A stretch of DNA of 64,000 bases from Octopus bimaculoides (GCF_001194135.2 NC_068981.1:189890052-189954051); one strand, 5' to 3'. Positions 37,883 through 50,324 are shown, counted from the stretch's first letter. Numbers and translations: made by a program. The notes: generated from the sequence alone by a model not told the origin.

Positions 37883-38495
37883 NNNNNNNNNNNNNNNNNN
37901 NNNNNNNNNNNNNNNNNNNNNNNNNNNNNNNNNNNNNNNNNNNNNNNNNCGTTGCCAGTACCGCTTGACTGGCCTTCGTAGGATTTTCGAGCGAGATCGT
38001 TGCCAGTGCCCCTGGACTGGCTCTTGTGCGGGTGGCACATAAAATACACCATTTTGAGCGTGGCCGTTGCCAGTACTGCCTGACTGGCCTTTGTGCGGGT
38101 GACACGTAAAAGCACCCACTACACTTTCTGAGTGGTTGGCGTTAGGAGTAGAAACTCTGCCAAATCAGATTGGAGCCAGGTGTTGCCATCCGGTTTCACC
38201 AGTCCTCAGTCAAATCGTCCAACCCATGCTAGCATTGAAAGCGGACGTTAAACGATGATGATGATGATGATGTATGTATATGTTTGTGTGTCTCTGTTTG
38301 TCCTCCCACCATCACTCGACAAACTGATGTTGATGTGTTTTCATCCCCACAACTTAGCGGTTCGGCAAAAGAGACCGATAGAATAAGTACTAAGCTTACA
38401 AAGAATAAGTCCTGGGGTTGATTTGTTTGACTGAAGGTGGTACTCCAGCATGGCCACAGTCAAATGACTGAAACAAATAAAAGAATAAAAGAATA
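37690..38495 (+). mobile_element. SINE family A split at its internal (TA)n by a gap and a family B insertion (37950-38275)
   Basis: 5' half 37690-37850, 3' half 38275-38495. Confidence 0.85.
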
Positions 38496-40550
38496 CCTAT
38501 TATTTTTTTTTCTAGCTTTTGTTCATATTTTAAAATTAGTCTGACTCTTCTATTGTATTTTATTATAATTTTGTTCTTTAATATTGTATTTTATATGCTT
38601 TACCAACTTATAAGTAGTTGCAAATTTGGTTCTAGTCTAATTCTCTAATTTCAATGTCTATATCTAATTTAATAGCCTCATTTTTAAAATCAATTATCAA
38701 TTTGCTTTTCATAATAGCTTCGGCACATTTCACTGGTCCAAAATTAATTTTTATGTCTTGACAGAGTTAATGAAATGTAAACAGTCTTGCAGCTATAATG
38801 AACAGTAACGAAATTCTGAAAATTGTGATAGAAGAACTTTGAAATATTAAGCACAAAAAATACACAAAACAACTGGATGCATTTTAAAATATAACTTAAC
38901 ATAGATAATGGAAACATAACTGAAACCATCACACACAAAACACTTATGACTCCATGAAAGAAAGACATAAAAATAGAAATAGTCATACAAATAATAAACC
39001 GACCCTCAAAACACAATAAGAGCAGAGCAGAGACAACCATTAAAGAAAGTAAAACAAAGCATTTCAGTAGATGAAATAATAAAGAATAAAAAACAGAAAC
39101 AAAATAGTAAAACAAACAACTTACCGTTTAACTAATAATTGATTAGTTAGTTAGATGTTTAACCGATTGGATTTCTCTGAGACATGGTTCTCCTGGGATG
39201 TTATCTAGATGTTTCTGACATCCCTTTTTTATCATACCTATAATAACAGGAACAATTCTTGATTTAAGATGCCACATCTTTTGTATTTCAAATCGAAAAG
39301 CAGTGGAATTGAACCGGTGCATGTGTTAATGATATTGGTATAATGACTCTCCCAAGACACAGCAAAATTTATTTCAACACACGAATTCATATGAAGTATC
39401 TTGCAAACCAAACACAAAGACAAAATAATAGAGAACTCCAATTCCAAATGACGAAGGATCTTGTAGAAGTACCTGCAATTGCAACTGCCCCAGGAAACCA
39501 AAGATGTTGAATATTCTAATTGTACATTCTCTGAATAAATAGGTTCAGAAAACGATTGCTTCAAGAGGCCAAACTATCTCCATAGTTCTGTCACCTTTTT
39601 CACAAGATTTCCTAATATATACGAGAATTTAGTGTTGCGTGAATTTAAATCTTAATTTCATGAAAGTAACTTCCTTTGAGACTCATAAGCAATGTTGTTG
39701 CTCTTTATTGTTATTGGCAGTCATTGTTATCTGTTTATTACCTCTGCCTTATGGATGGATTCAGATGAAACTTTCAGGGATGCTTGGCCTTGTGACTGGC
39801 ATGAATTGATTAGACTTTGGGATCAATCTAATACCGTCAAAGATACTGGATTATTTTTCCTGTTTTTTACTTAATTTTTGAGAGCATTCGCGTCCATTTT
39901 TAATATTCTCGTTTGTGAGAGTAATTGAGTTTATTTCAGATATTCTCATTTTAAGAATCATCTCTGGCTGATCGTCGAGAGGATGTTGGTATTGCCTTGG
40001 TGGAGGTTTGCACTCTCTGAGTGCTCTTGTTAATGTTGTTATCACTATTGTTGGTATCACCCTTTTACTCAACTTAAATGGTAAATTCTGCAGTTTCTTA
40101 CACATTTTCCTTTGTATTTCAGCACTTTACTGGCTCCAACATCTTGGAATCTTGTGGTCAATAAAAAAATTGTTTTGTTGTTGTCGTTATTGATGTTGTT
40201 GTTGTCACTATTGTTTGTTTTGTTATGAGCGTTTAAAGAAAAAAAACAAAAACTTTTCACTGCAAACCTTTACACAATCAATTTCTGTGATCAATCCCCA
40301 AGGAAATACAAAATTCAAAGATCAAATAGTGTTGTAGTTCCCTCTGCTCTTTTACAAACGTTGATAAAATAATGCACCTGTTCAAAAATCTTTGTGAATA
40401 TTTTATGCAGACCAAAGATAAATCAGCATTCCCCAAACTAGATTTCCTCTTTCTACGCCAAAAATTTCTTCAGCTCTCCAACTAAATTTTTTGACATTCT
40501 ACAGGTCACACACACACACACAAATGTACTTATACTTGCACACACACCTT

Positions 40551-40805
40551 ATATTAGAATATAATGTTATATGTAAATCATATTCACTGTTTCGTCTATT
40601 AATAAATTAACTGATTACTCAAGTGTCATCAAGCATCCTCATCTTCACTCATTCCCCACTTTTTATTCTAACAACACTGACCACACACTTGTCAACATCT
40701 ACCTTATCAGCTTCCTTTAGACTTTTCTTTTCATCTCTCTGCTTCCTTTTATGATTGCCCGGTTGTAATTCTTTTATTCTGTTTTGTAATAAGCTCCTTC
40801 AACAC
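40551..40805 (+). repeat. ~255-bp direct duplication, copy 1
   Basis: About 97% identical to 42293-42548. Confidence 0.9.
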
Positions 40806-41649
40806 TAGTTACATGCTTGATCCTTGAAATCCTTTGACATCTAATTGTAACCAGAGCTAATGTCTTACGTCCAACATGTTGCTTTACACCAATTATTTTG
40901 TTTTATATCTGTATCAATGAGCAATGCAGATATTTTCTAATATCAAGATCTATATTTCCAGCAGCATGATAAATTAGATATCATAGGCTGTTGAATTGTA
41001 ATGATATTCCTGCTGGAAATGCTAAAATGCATTACGTTTGATAGGTAATCATCTGATCATTTATATAAAATGATAGAAAAGTTTTATTCCCCATTAGAAT
41101 AAGACGAAAGAAAAAAAGAAAGAAAGAATAAGAGAAAAACAAGGAAGAATTTTGTTGGAAGTTTTGCATCATAAATAGTTGTTAGGTTGTCTAGATATTT
41201 CATGTTTGGATTTGGCAGTATAAATTGCATTACAAGAGTCAGAATTTGTATTTAGAAGTCAAAAGAAATAGTTAACGGCAATGTTCTGGATAAGATGAAG
41301 CAAATATATCGTGAAAATTTGGCTACTTTATTTAGAAATTTCAATAGATGTTGGAGACATTCCTGAAGTTAATCTTTTTTTTTCCTCTTAGCCTTAAGGA
41401 TGTCTAAGTGAGTTTATATTATGGCTTTTAAGATATAAACTTTTAGATGAGCTAAACTTAGGATTTACTTAGGATATGGATACATTTTCTTTACTGTTGA
41501 TAAGTTATTAAGATATGAGGTAAATAAAGTATACAAATTATAAAACACTAGTTTCAGAATCTGTTAATCAGATGTGACTTTCAAATGGCTTTAACTTGGC
41601 TGCTTGAAACAACTGAAGCTTATTTCTTACCTCAGCATAAATTATCATT

Positions 41650-42290
41650 TATCGTTTATTTGTTTCAGCCATTCGACTGTGACCATGCTAGGGCACAGCC
41701 TTGAAAAATTCTAGTTGAATGAATCGACCGCAGTACTTAAAACTTGTTACTCATTCTATTGATCTTTTATGCCAAACCACTAAGTTATGGAAACATAAAC
41801 ATACCAGCACCAGTTGCCAAGCAGTGGTGGTGGTGGTGGGGGGGCATACGCTGACACAAAAACATATATGTACACACACTAAAAACAAGCTGCCATGGAA
41901 AAAGCATTAGTAACGGTGTCATGTATAAAGCACTGAGTACGTTCTGTAAAGGTATTGGCATTAAGAAGGGCATCCAGCTGTAGAAACCATACCAAAACAG
42001 ACTATGGGATCTGGTGCCACCCCTAGTCTTGCCAGTTCGTGTCAAACCTATCATCACCATTATCATTTAATAGACGTTAACTGATGATGATAATGATGGG
42101 CTGTTTTCAGTTTCTGTCTACCAAATCAATTCACAAAGCTTTGGCCAACCCAAGACAAGTAGAAGATACTTGCTGACGGCGCCATGCAGGGGGATGGCAC
42201 CTTCAGCCAGTACCAATTGTGTACTGGGGTCGATCTAATCGATTGGCCCCCTTCCCCAAAAATTTCAGGCCTTGTGCCAAGAGTAGAAAA
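41650..42290. mobile_element. Cluster of diverged SINE A, family B and SINE C fragments
   Basis: Recognisable tails and cores. Confidence 0.65.
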
Positions 42291-42292
42291 GA

Positions 42293-42548
42293 ATATTAGA
42301 TATATAATGTTATATGTAAATCATATTCACTGTTTCGTCTATTAATAAATTAACTGATGAACCAAGTGTCATCAAGCATCCTCATCTTCACTCATTCCCC
42401 ACTTTTTATTCTAACAACACTGACCACACACTTGTCAACATTTACCTTATCAGCTTCCTTTAGACTTTTCTTTTCATCTCTCTGCTTCCTTTTATGATTG
42501 CCCGGCTGTAATTCTTTTATTCTGTTTTGTAATAAGCTCCTTCAACAC
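42293..42548 (+). repeat. ~255-bp direct duplication, copy 2 (next to gap)
   Basis: 5 substitutions and 1 indel relative to copy 1. Confidence 0.9.
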
Positions 42549-43249
42549 AAGCATCTAAACTTGCGCTTATATAAATATANNNNNNNNNNNNNNNNNNNNN
42601 NNNNNNNNNNNNNNNNNNNNNNNNNNNNNNNNNNNNNNNNNNNNNNNNNNNNNNNNNNNNNNNNNNNNNNNNNNNNNNNNNNNNNNNNNNNNNNNNNNNN
42701 NNNNNNNNNNNNNNNNNNNNNNNNNNNNNNNNNNNNNNNNNNNNNNNNNNNNNNNNNNNNNNNNNNNNNNNNNNNNNNNNNNNNNNNNNNNNNNNNNNNN
42801 NNNNNNNNNNNNNNNNNNATATATATGTATATATATATATATATATATACACACGTACATACATATACAGGCATTTTATTCGTTCAATCGAAAGACATCT
42901 CTTGTCATGTCCCGTTATTATTCCTACCGTATTTGTATAACATTGTTCGTTTTTTATTCGTTCCTTGTTTTTGTATACATTCACTGCTTTCTTCCAAGGA
43001 ATCTAATTCTCTTAACTTAGTTTTTCCTTGGGGCTGGCCAGATTGGAGCAATATCGGGAATAACCAGCCATAATTGTAAGAATAATCTGGATCTCGACTG
43101 AAGAGAGAAGACTCCGAATGACATGTCTGTGTTTTCTTTGTATCGTCTATCTATATGTTTTCTCCCTTTCTTGTGTCACCTAACTGTCTGGATGTTTTGC
43201 GTTCTTGTCCCATTCTGTATTATTTAGCGTAATCGTTACCAACGTTGCC

Positions 43250-43575
43250 TTCTAGCACTTGTGCTGGTGGCACGTTAGAAAATCATTCGAGCGAGGTCGT
43301 TGGACTGGCTCCTGTGCAGGTGGAACATAAAAAACACCTTTTTGAGCGTGGCCGTTACCAGTACCATGTGACTTGCCCTCGTGCTGGTGGCACGTAAAAG
43401 TACCCACTACACTCTCAGAGTGGTTGGTGTTAGGAAGGGCATCCAGCTGTAGAAACTCTGCCAGATAAGATTGGAGCCTGGTGCAGCCTTCTGGCTTGCC
43501 AGTCCTCAGTCAAATTGTCCAACCAATGCTAGCATGGAAAGCGGACGTTAAACAATGATGATGATGATGATGATA
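43250..43575 (+). mobile_element. RTE 3' UTR (family B)
   Basis: Subrepeats, conserved end and (GAT)n. Confidence 0.85.
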
Positions 43576-43599
43576 TATATATATAAAAGATATTGTTTT

Positions 43600-44315
43600 C
43601 AAAAGTATGAAGCAGCAAGCATGTGTAAAAATATACCGTGAGTAAAAAATTATTAATTAATAATTAAGGGTACTACAAGGAGCACCAGCACACTAGAAAT
43701 AGCAGTCAAAAGACAACTACAACTACAAAGTTCAATATCATAACGAGACAGGTATGTCTGGCTTTTCAACTTATGATTCATTTCATTATCGGTACGGAGG
43801 GGTTGGCTTAGAATTTCTACTCATTCCCCTGATTTCAATTAAGGTGTATCAGTGAAGATTTGTGGTTGTAGCCGTCTTCTGACTGCTATTTTTAGCGTGC
43901 TGGTGCTTCTTGTAGCACCCTTAATTATCAATTGATAATTTTTTACCTTATTTTATTTTTTTATGCATGTTTGCTCCTTGATATTATTGTAAACAGTAAT
44001 ATCCTAATAATTTATTATTCACGCTGATCGCCTTTTAAAATTTGCTGTGGCATTAAAAAACGGTCATCGCACATATTGTTGAGATGGGCAGTCTTCTATG
44101 CCCCTCGGGTCAGTAAGACTCACTGATGAGAACTAACTAAGTGGCATTTTCACAAAGTTTGAAATCATGATGATATGAGTATGTCTGGCTTTTCAATTTA
44201 GGTTTCTTTTTATTATTGGTACGCGGGCTTAAAATTTCTGCGCATTCTCTCGATTTCAATTAATGCTATTTTTAGCATGCTGGTGCTGTTTGTAGCTCCC
44301 TTAATTATTAATATA
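43600..44315 (+). mobile_element. Non-coding PLE/retrozyme-like element: inverted arm plus partial tandem (period ~427 bp) with hammerhead
   Basis: 43600-43730 is inverted to 43858-43985; the direct repeat GTATGTCTGGCTTTTCAA...CCCTTAATTAT starts at 43752 and 44179. Confidence 0.7.
44118..44180 (+). ncRNA. Type I hammerhead ribozyme (family 3)
   Basis: ACTCA-CTGATGA-GAAC...GTTT-GAA-ATCA[TGA]TGAT-A-TGAGT: helix I 5 bp, helix II 4 bp plus inner hairpin GTG/CAC, helix III 4 bp, AUA site (cut after 44175). Confidence 0.75.
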
Positions 44316-44344
44316 TATATATAGGCACAGAAATGACTGTATAG

Positions 44345-44505
44345 ATACAGGAGTGACTGTGTGGTAAGAAGCTTGCTTCCCAACCACATGGTTCTGGGTT
44401 CAGTCTCACTGTGAAAAACCTTGGGCAAGTGTCTTCTACTATAGCTTTGGGCTAACCAAAGCCTTGTGAGTGGATTTGGTAAACGGAAACTGAAAGAAGC
44501 CTGTC

Positions 44506-44596
<91 letters not shown>

Positions 44597-45115
44597 CATT
44601 TATTTGTGTGTCTGTTTGTCTCTCCACCATCGCTTGACAACTGATGTTTGTGTGCTTACATCCCCGTAACTTAACGGTTCAGCAAAAGAGAGTGGAAGAA
44701 TAAGTACTAGGCTTACAAGGAATAAGTCCTGGGATCGATTTGTTCCACTAAAGGTGGTGCATCAGCATGACTGCAGTCAAATGACTGAAACAAGTAAAAG
44801 AGTGCCGGTGGCACGTTAGAAAGCATTCAAGCGAGGTCGTTGCCAGTGCTCCTGGACTGGCTCCTGTGCAGGTGGCACTTAAAAAACACCATTTTGAGCC
44901 TGGCTGTTGCCAGTAGCGCCTGACTGGCCCTCATGCCGGTGGCACGTAAAAGCACCCACTACACTCTCAGAATGGCTGGCATTAGGAAGGGCATCCAGCT
45001 GTAGAAACTCTGCCAGATCAGATCGGAGCCTAGTGCAGCCATTCGGTTCACCAGTCCTCAGTCAGATCATTCAACCCATGCTAGCATGGAAAGCGGACGT
45101 TAAACGATGATGATG
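44345..45115 (+). mobile_element. Full SINE family A (44345-44800) followed by family B (44803-45115)
   Basis: Near-consensus copies. Confidence 0.9.
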
Positions 45116-45124
45116 ATATATATG

Positions 45125-45343
45125 TATGTATAAAGAGAAAAAAGGATAAAGAGACCAATGGCAAAGTTAGAAATATATTTTATGGATAAAGCCTTACAGC
45201 TGTTTCATGGAAAATCCAATGTATCCCCTCATCGGATGAGGGGATACATTGGATTTTCCATGAAACAGCTGTAAGACTTTATCCATAAAATATATTTCTA
45301 ACTTTGCCATTGGTCTCTTTATCCTTTTCTCTCTTTATACATA
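45125..45343. repeat. Near-perfect palindrome, 109-bp arms, 1-nt loop
   Basis: 45125-45233 is the reverse complement of 45235-45343 with 2 mismatches; centre CCCCTCATC-G-GATGAGGGG. Confidence 0.95.
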
Positions 45344-45831
45344 CACACGTTATACACGACCTATGTTATGTTCCCCACTCATGTTTATACAACGAAAGGG
45401 GCAAAACTAGCCGGTATACAGTACTTACTCGGTATTACCTGTACTTTTGGGTTTGGTTGAATCCAATACCCTTCATAACCTTATATATNNNNNNNNNNNN
45501 NNNNNNNNNNNNNNNNNNNNNNNNNNNNNNNNNNNNNNNNNNNNNNNNNNNNNNNNNNNNNNNNNNNNNNNNNNNNNNNNNNNNNNNNNNNNNNNNNNNN
45601 NNNNNNNNNNNNNNNNNNNNNNNNNNNNNNNNNNNNNNNNNNNNNNNNNNNNNNNNNNNTCTTATTTAATACAATAACACTGAAAATAATTTTGAGTACA
45701 ATTTTCATTCTTAATTGTAATTTAAATATTTTATTGATTTCATGAACAAAACCATTAGCTTCAACTTCAGACCAAGAATTGACTGAAAACAATATAAAAA
45801 TAAAGTCATGTATAGCACAAAGCCACAATGA

Positions 45832-45892
<61 letters not shown>

Positions 45893-46495
45893 TACTCTCT
45901 CTTTCTTTTCCTCTCTCTTTCTTTTCCTCTCTCTTTCTTTTCCTCTCTCTTTCTCTTCCTCTCTCTTTCTTTCTCTGTAGAAACAGTAAACATTTCTACT
46001 ATAACACAAAGTCACAATGACTACTCTCTCATTCTCTTTCTCTTTCTCTCTCTCTCTCTCTTGCCTTCTTTCTCTTCTTTCATCTTTCTATCTTTCTACC
46101 TCTCTCTTTCTCCCTTTTCTCTTTCCCCTCTCTTTCTTTCCTTTCTCGATCTTTTCTTCTTCTTTCTCCCAGCCCCCTTTCCTCTTCTATTCCTGTTTCA
46201 TTAGGTGTTGGCTATCATGAGCCTCCATGCCACAGCCTGAAGAGTCAGGACTTCTCTTCGGAAAGCGATGGCAGCGATTTCCCATTGCCTTCTATTGGTC
46301 TATTTGTAGCTTTCTCTCTTAGTCTCCTTCTATCTTGAACTTACCTACGATGTACAGGGCCTATACAACCTCTAAGGTAAGGGGATTGGTTCATAAGGCA
46401 ACACTAAGTTATGGGGAGGTAAACATAACAACCCTCGTTATCAAATAGTGATGGGAGACAGTCACAAAAACACACACACTCATACAGACATACAT

Positions 46496-46540
<45 letters not shown>

Positions 46541-46563
46541 AATATACATATATATATATATAT

Positions 46564-46603
<40 letters not shown>

Positions 46604-46626
46604 GTATGTATATGTATGTATGTATA

Positions 46627-47500
46627 TTGGGTGCGATGGGTAGATTGTTGCCAGTTTTAATTTTGCGCATTGTTTGTTTTTGATTTTGTTGACTACACAG
46701 TATAGTAGGGTCAGTTGGGCACCATCTGTTGAAAAAACAGCACCGTGACACAATTCACTCGCCCAGTAATTTGGAAATGGCATGCTGTACTGCATGGCAT
46801 TCGTACTGGAAGCTCCAATAACAAAAATTTTAGAGTGTTTGGGTATTAATCTGAGGACAGTGCAATCTAAGGACATGTACCCAGAGTGATAAAAATCAAA
46901 CATCCAGTCAACATCATGATGTTTGGAGCGATTACCAGTGATGGCAACGTTATACCTCCATTCATCTTCCCACATTGCCTTACACTCAACACAGAGGCCT
47001 ACATCAAGTTCCTGGAGGAGGTAGTGCTGCCCTGGGTGAAGAGGGTGGCTGCTGGAAGACCCTATGTATAACCACAGGACTCTGCACCATGCCACACAAG
47101 CAGGAGAACCCAGTCACGGCTGTCAAACAATTTCTGCAACCACATCACCCCTATATCTTGCCACCTAACTGCCCAGACTACAACTCCCTTCATTATTGTG
47201 TGGGGTGCAGTTGAGCGAGAGACCAACAAAACTCCTTGTAACACCAAAGATGAACTGAAGGCAAAGATTATGGCAGCGTTCACTAACTTAAACAAGGAGA
47301 CCGTCCAAAAGAGTTGCGGGAGATTCCAAAGTCGTCTGGAGGCCATGGTTGAAACCAATGGCGATTTTATTGAATAAATTTATTCTTTAGTATTTCAAGA
47401 TATTTTTATGTAATTTTGGTAAATATATCTGTTAAAATGAGATGCCAGTGTTATTTTCATTTTTGCATAATTTAGACAACAATTTATTCACCACACCCTG
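46627..47500 (+). mobile_element. Internally deleted maT (DD37D) Tc1/mariner element, 874 bp
   Basis: TA flanks; degenerate TIRs (TTGGGTGCGATGGGTAGATTGTTGCC vs CAGGGTGTGGTGAATAAATTGTTGTC); KHPVNIMMFGAITSDG...QDSAPCH...PPNCPDYNSLHY.VWGAVE...RLEAMVETNGDFIE*, 37 residues between the 2nd Asp and the 3rd catalytic position. Confidence 0.85.
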
Positions 47501-47510
47501 TATGTGTCTA

Positions 47511-47592
<82 letters not shown>

Positions 47593-47594
47593 CG

Positions 47595-47755
47595 TGCATG
47601 ATGAACTTCTTTCAGGGTCTGTGTACCAAATATACTCACAAGGTTTTGATTGACCGAAGACTATTGTAGAAGACACTTGCCAAAAGTGCTATGCAGTGGT
47701 ACTGAACTCAGGACCACGACGCTGGGAAGCAAACTTCTTACCACACAGCCACTGT
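47595..47755 (-). mobile_element. SINE family A 5' half
   Basis: Head and core. Confidence 0.8.
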
Positions 47756-48417
47756 CTTCATCATCATCATCATCATCATCATTTGACATCTATCTTTCAT
47801 ACAGGGAAGCGTGGACAAGCTAATAAATAATAAAAATAATGGGGATCAGATCTAAAAACTGAAATCTCAAATCTTTTGTCAGGCAGCGTACCCTCAAATG
47901 ATGACCATAGAAATGTTTTCACTTATTAAATATCATCAATATTGTCAGTTAGATTCGTAAGATGTTAGTTTAAATGGAAGATGATGATGATAACTGTTTA
48001 TTTAAATTATTAGCATAAATATAGAATGTAAAGGAAATTGATAAATCATAAGATTCAGAATATACCACATAGCTAATTATATCATGAATGCTAATACAGG
48101 ACGAGATTAAGAAGTAAGGAAAACTAACATCTTTAATTATTAATCTTCTGGTACGATATATATTTCACAGTTAAGTTTGAATGATATAATTCTAACAGCA
48201 TTATGATTAATTAAAGGGACCCTTTAATAGTGTTCTATTTCAGTGTTATAAGACAGATGACATCAAAATTGTGAGGTGGTCCTTGATGATTATAGGATGT
48301 ACGTGTAATTTTATGGCAAAATATTTTTACTTTTTGATAGTTTTAATCATTGGATGGCAACCATATTGAGACACTGCATTCAAGAGTTTTAGTTTGTGAT
48401 AGTGACCATCTCTATCT

Positions 48418-48425
48418 TGCTGTCT

Positions 48426-48475
<50 letters not shown>

Positions 48476-48476
48476 A

Positions 48477-48539
<63 letters not shown>

Positions 48540-48610
48540 TTCTCTCTTTCTCTCTCTCTCTCTTTCTCTCTCTCTCCCCCTCCCCCTCTCTCTATCTTTC
48601 TCTCCCCAGC
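48418..48610. repeat. (CT)n tract; similar tracts at 45830-46200, 53815-53900 and 58980-59035
   Basis: Seen directly. Confidence 0.95.
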
Positions 48611-48674
48611 TAGGTAACCTTGTACTTCCTCTACAAGACACCTGTTTCTGTCTTTCTGATACCCTGCTTTAGAT

Positions 48675-48790
48675 ATATATCATCATCATCATCATCATCG
48701 TTTAACGTCCGCTTTCCATGCTAGCATGGGCTGGACGATTTGACTGAGGACTGGTGAAACCAGATAGCTATACCAGGCTCCAATCTGATT
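48675..48790 (-). mobile_element. Family B tail fragment
   Basis: CGTTTAACGTCCGCTTTCCATGCTAGCATGG. Confidence 0.85.
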
Positions 48791-48814
48791 TATATATATA
48801 TATATATATATGTG

Positions 48815-48962
48815 TAAGGATTTACTTTTCGTAATGAGATAAAAGACCAAGGCTTGGTCATTTATAGAACATTTATAGATAGAATGTCTTACAGTTATTT
48901 ATATATGTTCTATATTATACACAGCCTTGGTCTTTTATCTCATTACGAAAAGTAAGTCCTTA
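48815..48962. repeat. Inverted repeat, 40-bp arms with a nested 10-bp inner stem
   Basis: 48815-48854 vs 48923-48962 (1 mismatch); inner TATAGAACAT/ATGTTCTATA. Confidence 0.9.
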
Positions 48963-49258
48963 TATTCACATGCTGATATATGTCCTACGATGGATCCCTT
49001 ATTCGTATAATCACCGAACCTGGAGCTTAACAGTAGTCTATACATAGCACTTCCTCAGCATTACCTGAAACCTCTGGGTCTAATTGACACCACAATCACT
49101 CATAACTTATATATNNNNNNNNNNNNNNNNNNNNNNNNNNNNNNNNNNNNNNNNNNNNNNNNNNNNNNNNNNNNNNNNNNNNNNNNNNNNNNNNNNNNNN
49201 NNNNNNNNNNNNNNNNNNNNNNNNNNNNNNNNNNNNNNNNNNNNNNNNNNNNNNNNNN

Positions 49259-49309
<51 letters not shown>

Positions 49310-50290
49310 ATGTATACACAAACACACACACACGCGCACACACACACAGATATATAAATTTCTTGATGATCATCGTTCAAAGTCTGTCTTCCCTGATAGC
49401 AGGAGATAGTTTGATTGGATCTGACAAGTTGAAAAACTGTGATGTGCTCTGATGTCAGCTTTGGCATCATTTTCACCATTGGATTCCCTTCTTAACACTG
49501 AGCTCAACATTATGTTACGATGAATGTAAACACTGTCTTTATTGCAAATGCTCACGAAGAAACAACTGCATATACATGTATCGACCCTTCTGGTGACTTC
49601 TTCAGCAATTACACATCATCTACAATTACTTACGAACACAACGTTTATAAACTCTCATTTAATTATAATTGTTATTGTGACAATGATAGAAATCACTTTA
49701 ATGATATAAGATCTGGAAATCATTTTGGTGATTTATCAGAGAAATCAAATTTACTTTCCATATCAGATCAAACGTTATTAGCCAATGATATACATTGCAT
49801 TTCATATTAATAATTCTAACTTATAGAGTGTTGGTAATTTTTCCTCATAATTACGTAATGTTTCACACATTTGTTAGCAAATTAATTAAACTATAAATCA
49901 AGGAATTACAAAATCAGAGGAAATCATATCAAGATTTCTGAATGTTCTGAAATAAACTTGTGACTGAAATGCCACATTTCTTTGAAAAAAAATCAACATT
50001 ACAAACGTTTCCCTTTCAGTTTTACCCATTGATGTCTGCAAGCAATTCTTATGGAAAATATCTACTTGCTTTATAAGGAAATATTTCATAGATTTTCTCA
50101 GAATTCGATCTTCCATCCACAATCTTTGAATTCTACATTAGGTTGCTACCCAGATTACTTTGGATATCCTTTTGCTGTTCTTTATTCTACACTTGATCTT
50201 TCACGACCTCTATAATTTTTCTCTTCTTTTTTCTCTTTCTTTTGGTCACTGACTATTTCTCTTCATTTCCTTCGCCATGCTTCTTTTTTA

Positions 50291-50324
50291 CTTCTGATGA
50301 AGAACTAACATCTGAAACGTTAAG
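50291..50324 (+). ncRNA. Minimal type I hammerhead-like motif (family 4)
   Basis: CTT-CTGATGA-AGA[ACTAACA]TCT-GAAAC-GTT-AAG: core intact, 3-bp helices I and II, palindromic AACGTT. Confidence 0.55.

Noticed and set aside
39125-40260. Minus-strand donor (ACG|GTAAGT at 39125) and ORFs 39851-40105 and 39238-39564
   Set aside because: Stops occur in all frames between the ORFs and the donor; no recognisable domain.
43098-43131. CTGAAGA-GAG[AAGA]CTC-C-GAATG-ACATGTC as a hammerhead
   Set aside because: A15.1 is displaced by two extra bases and helix I does not pair. The surrounding 42860-43230 may still be a PLE-like relic.
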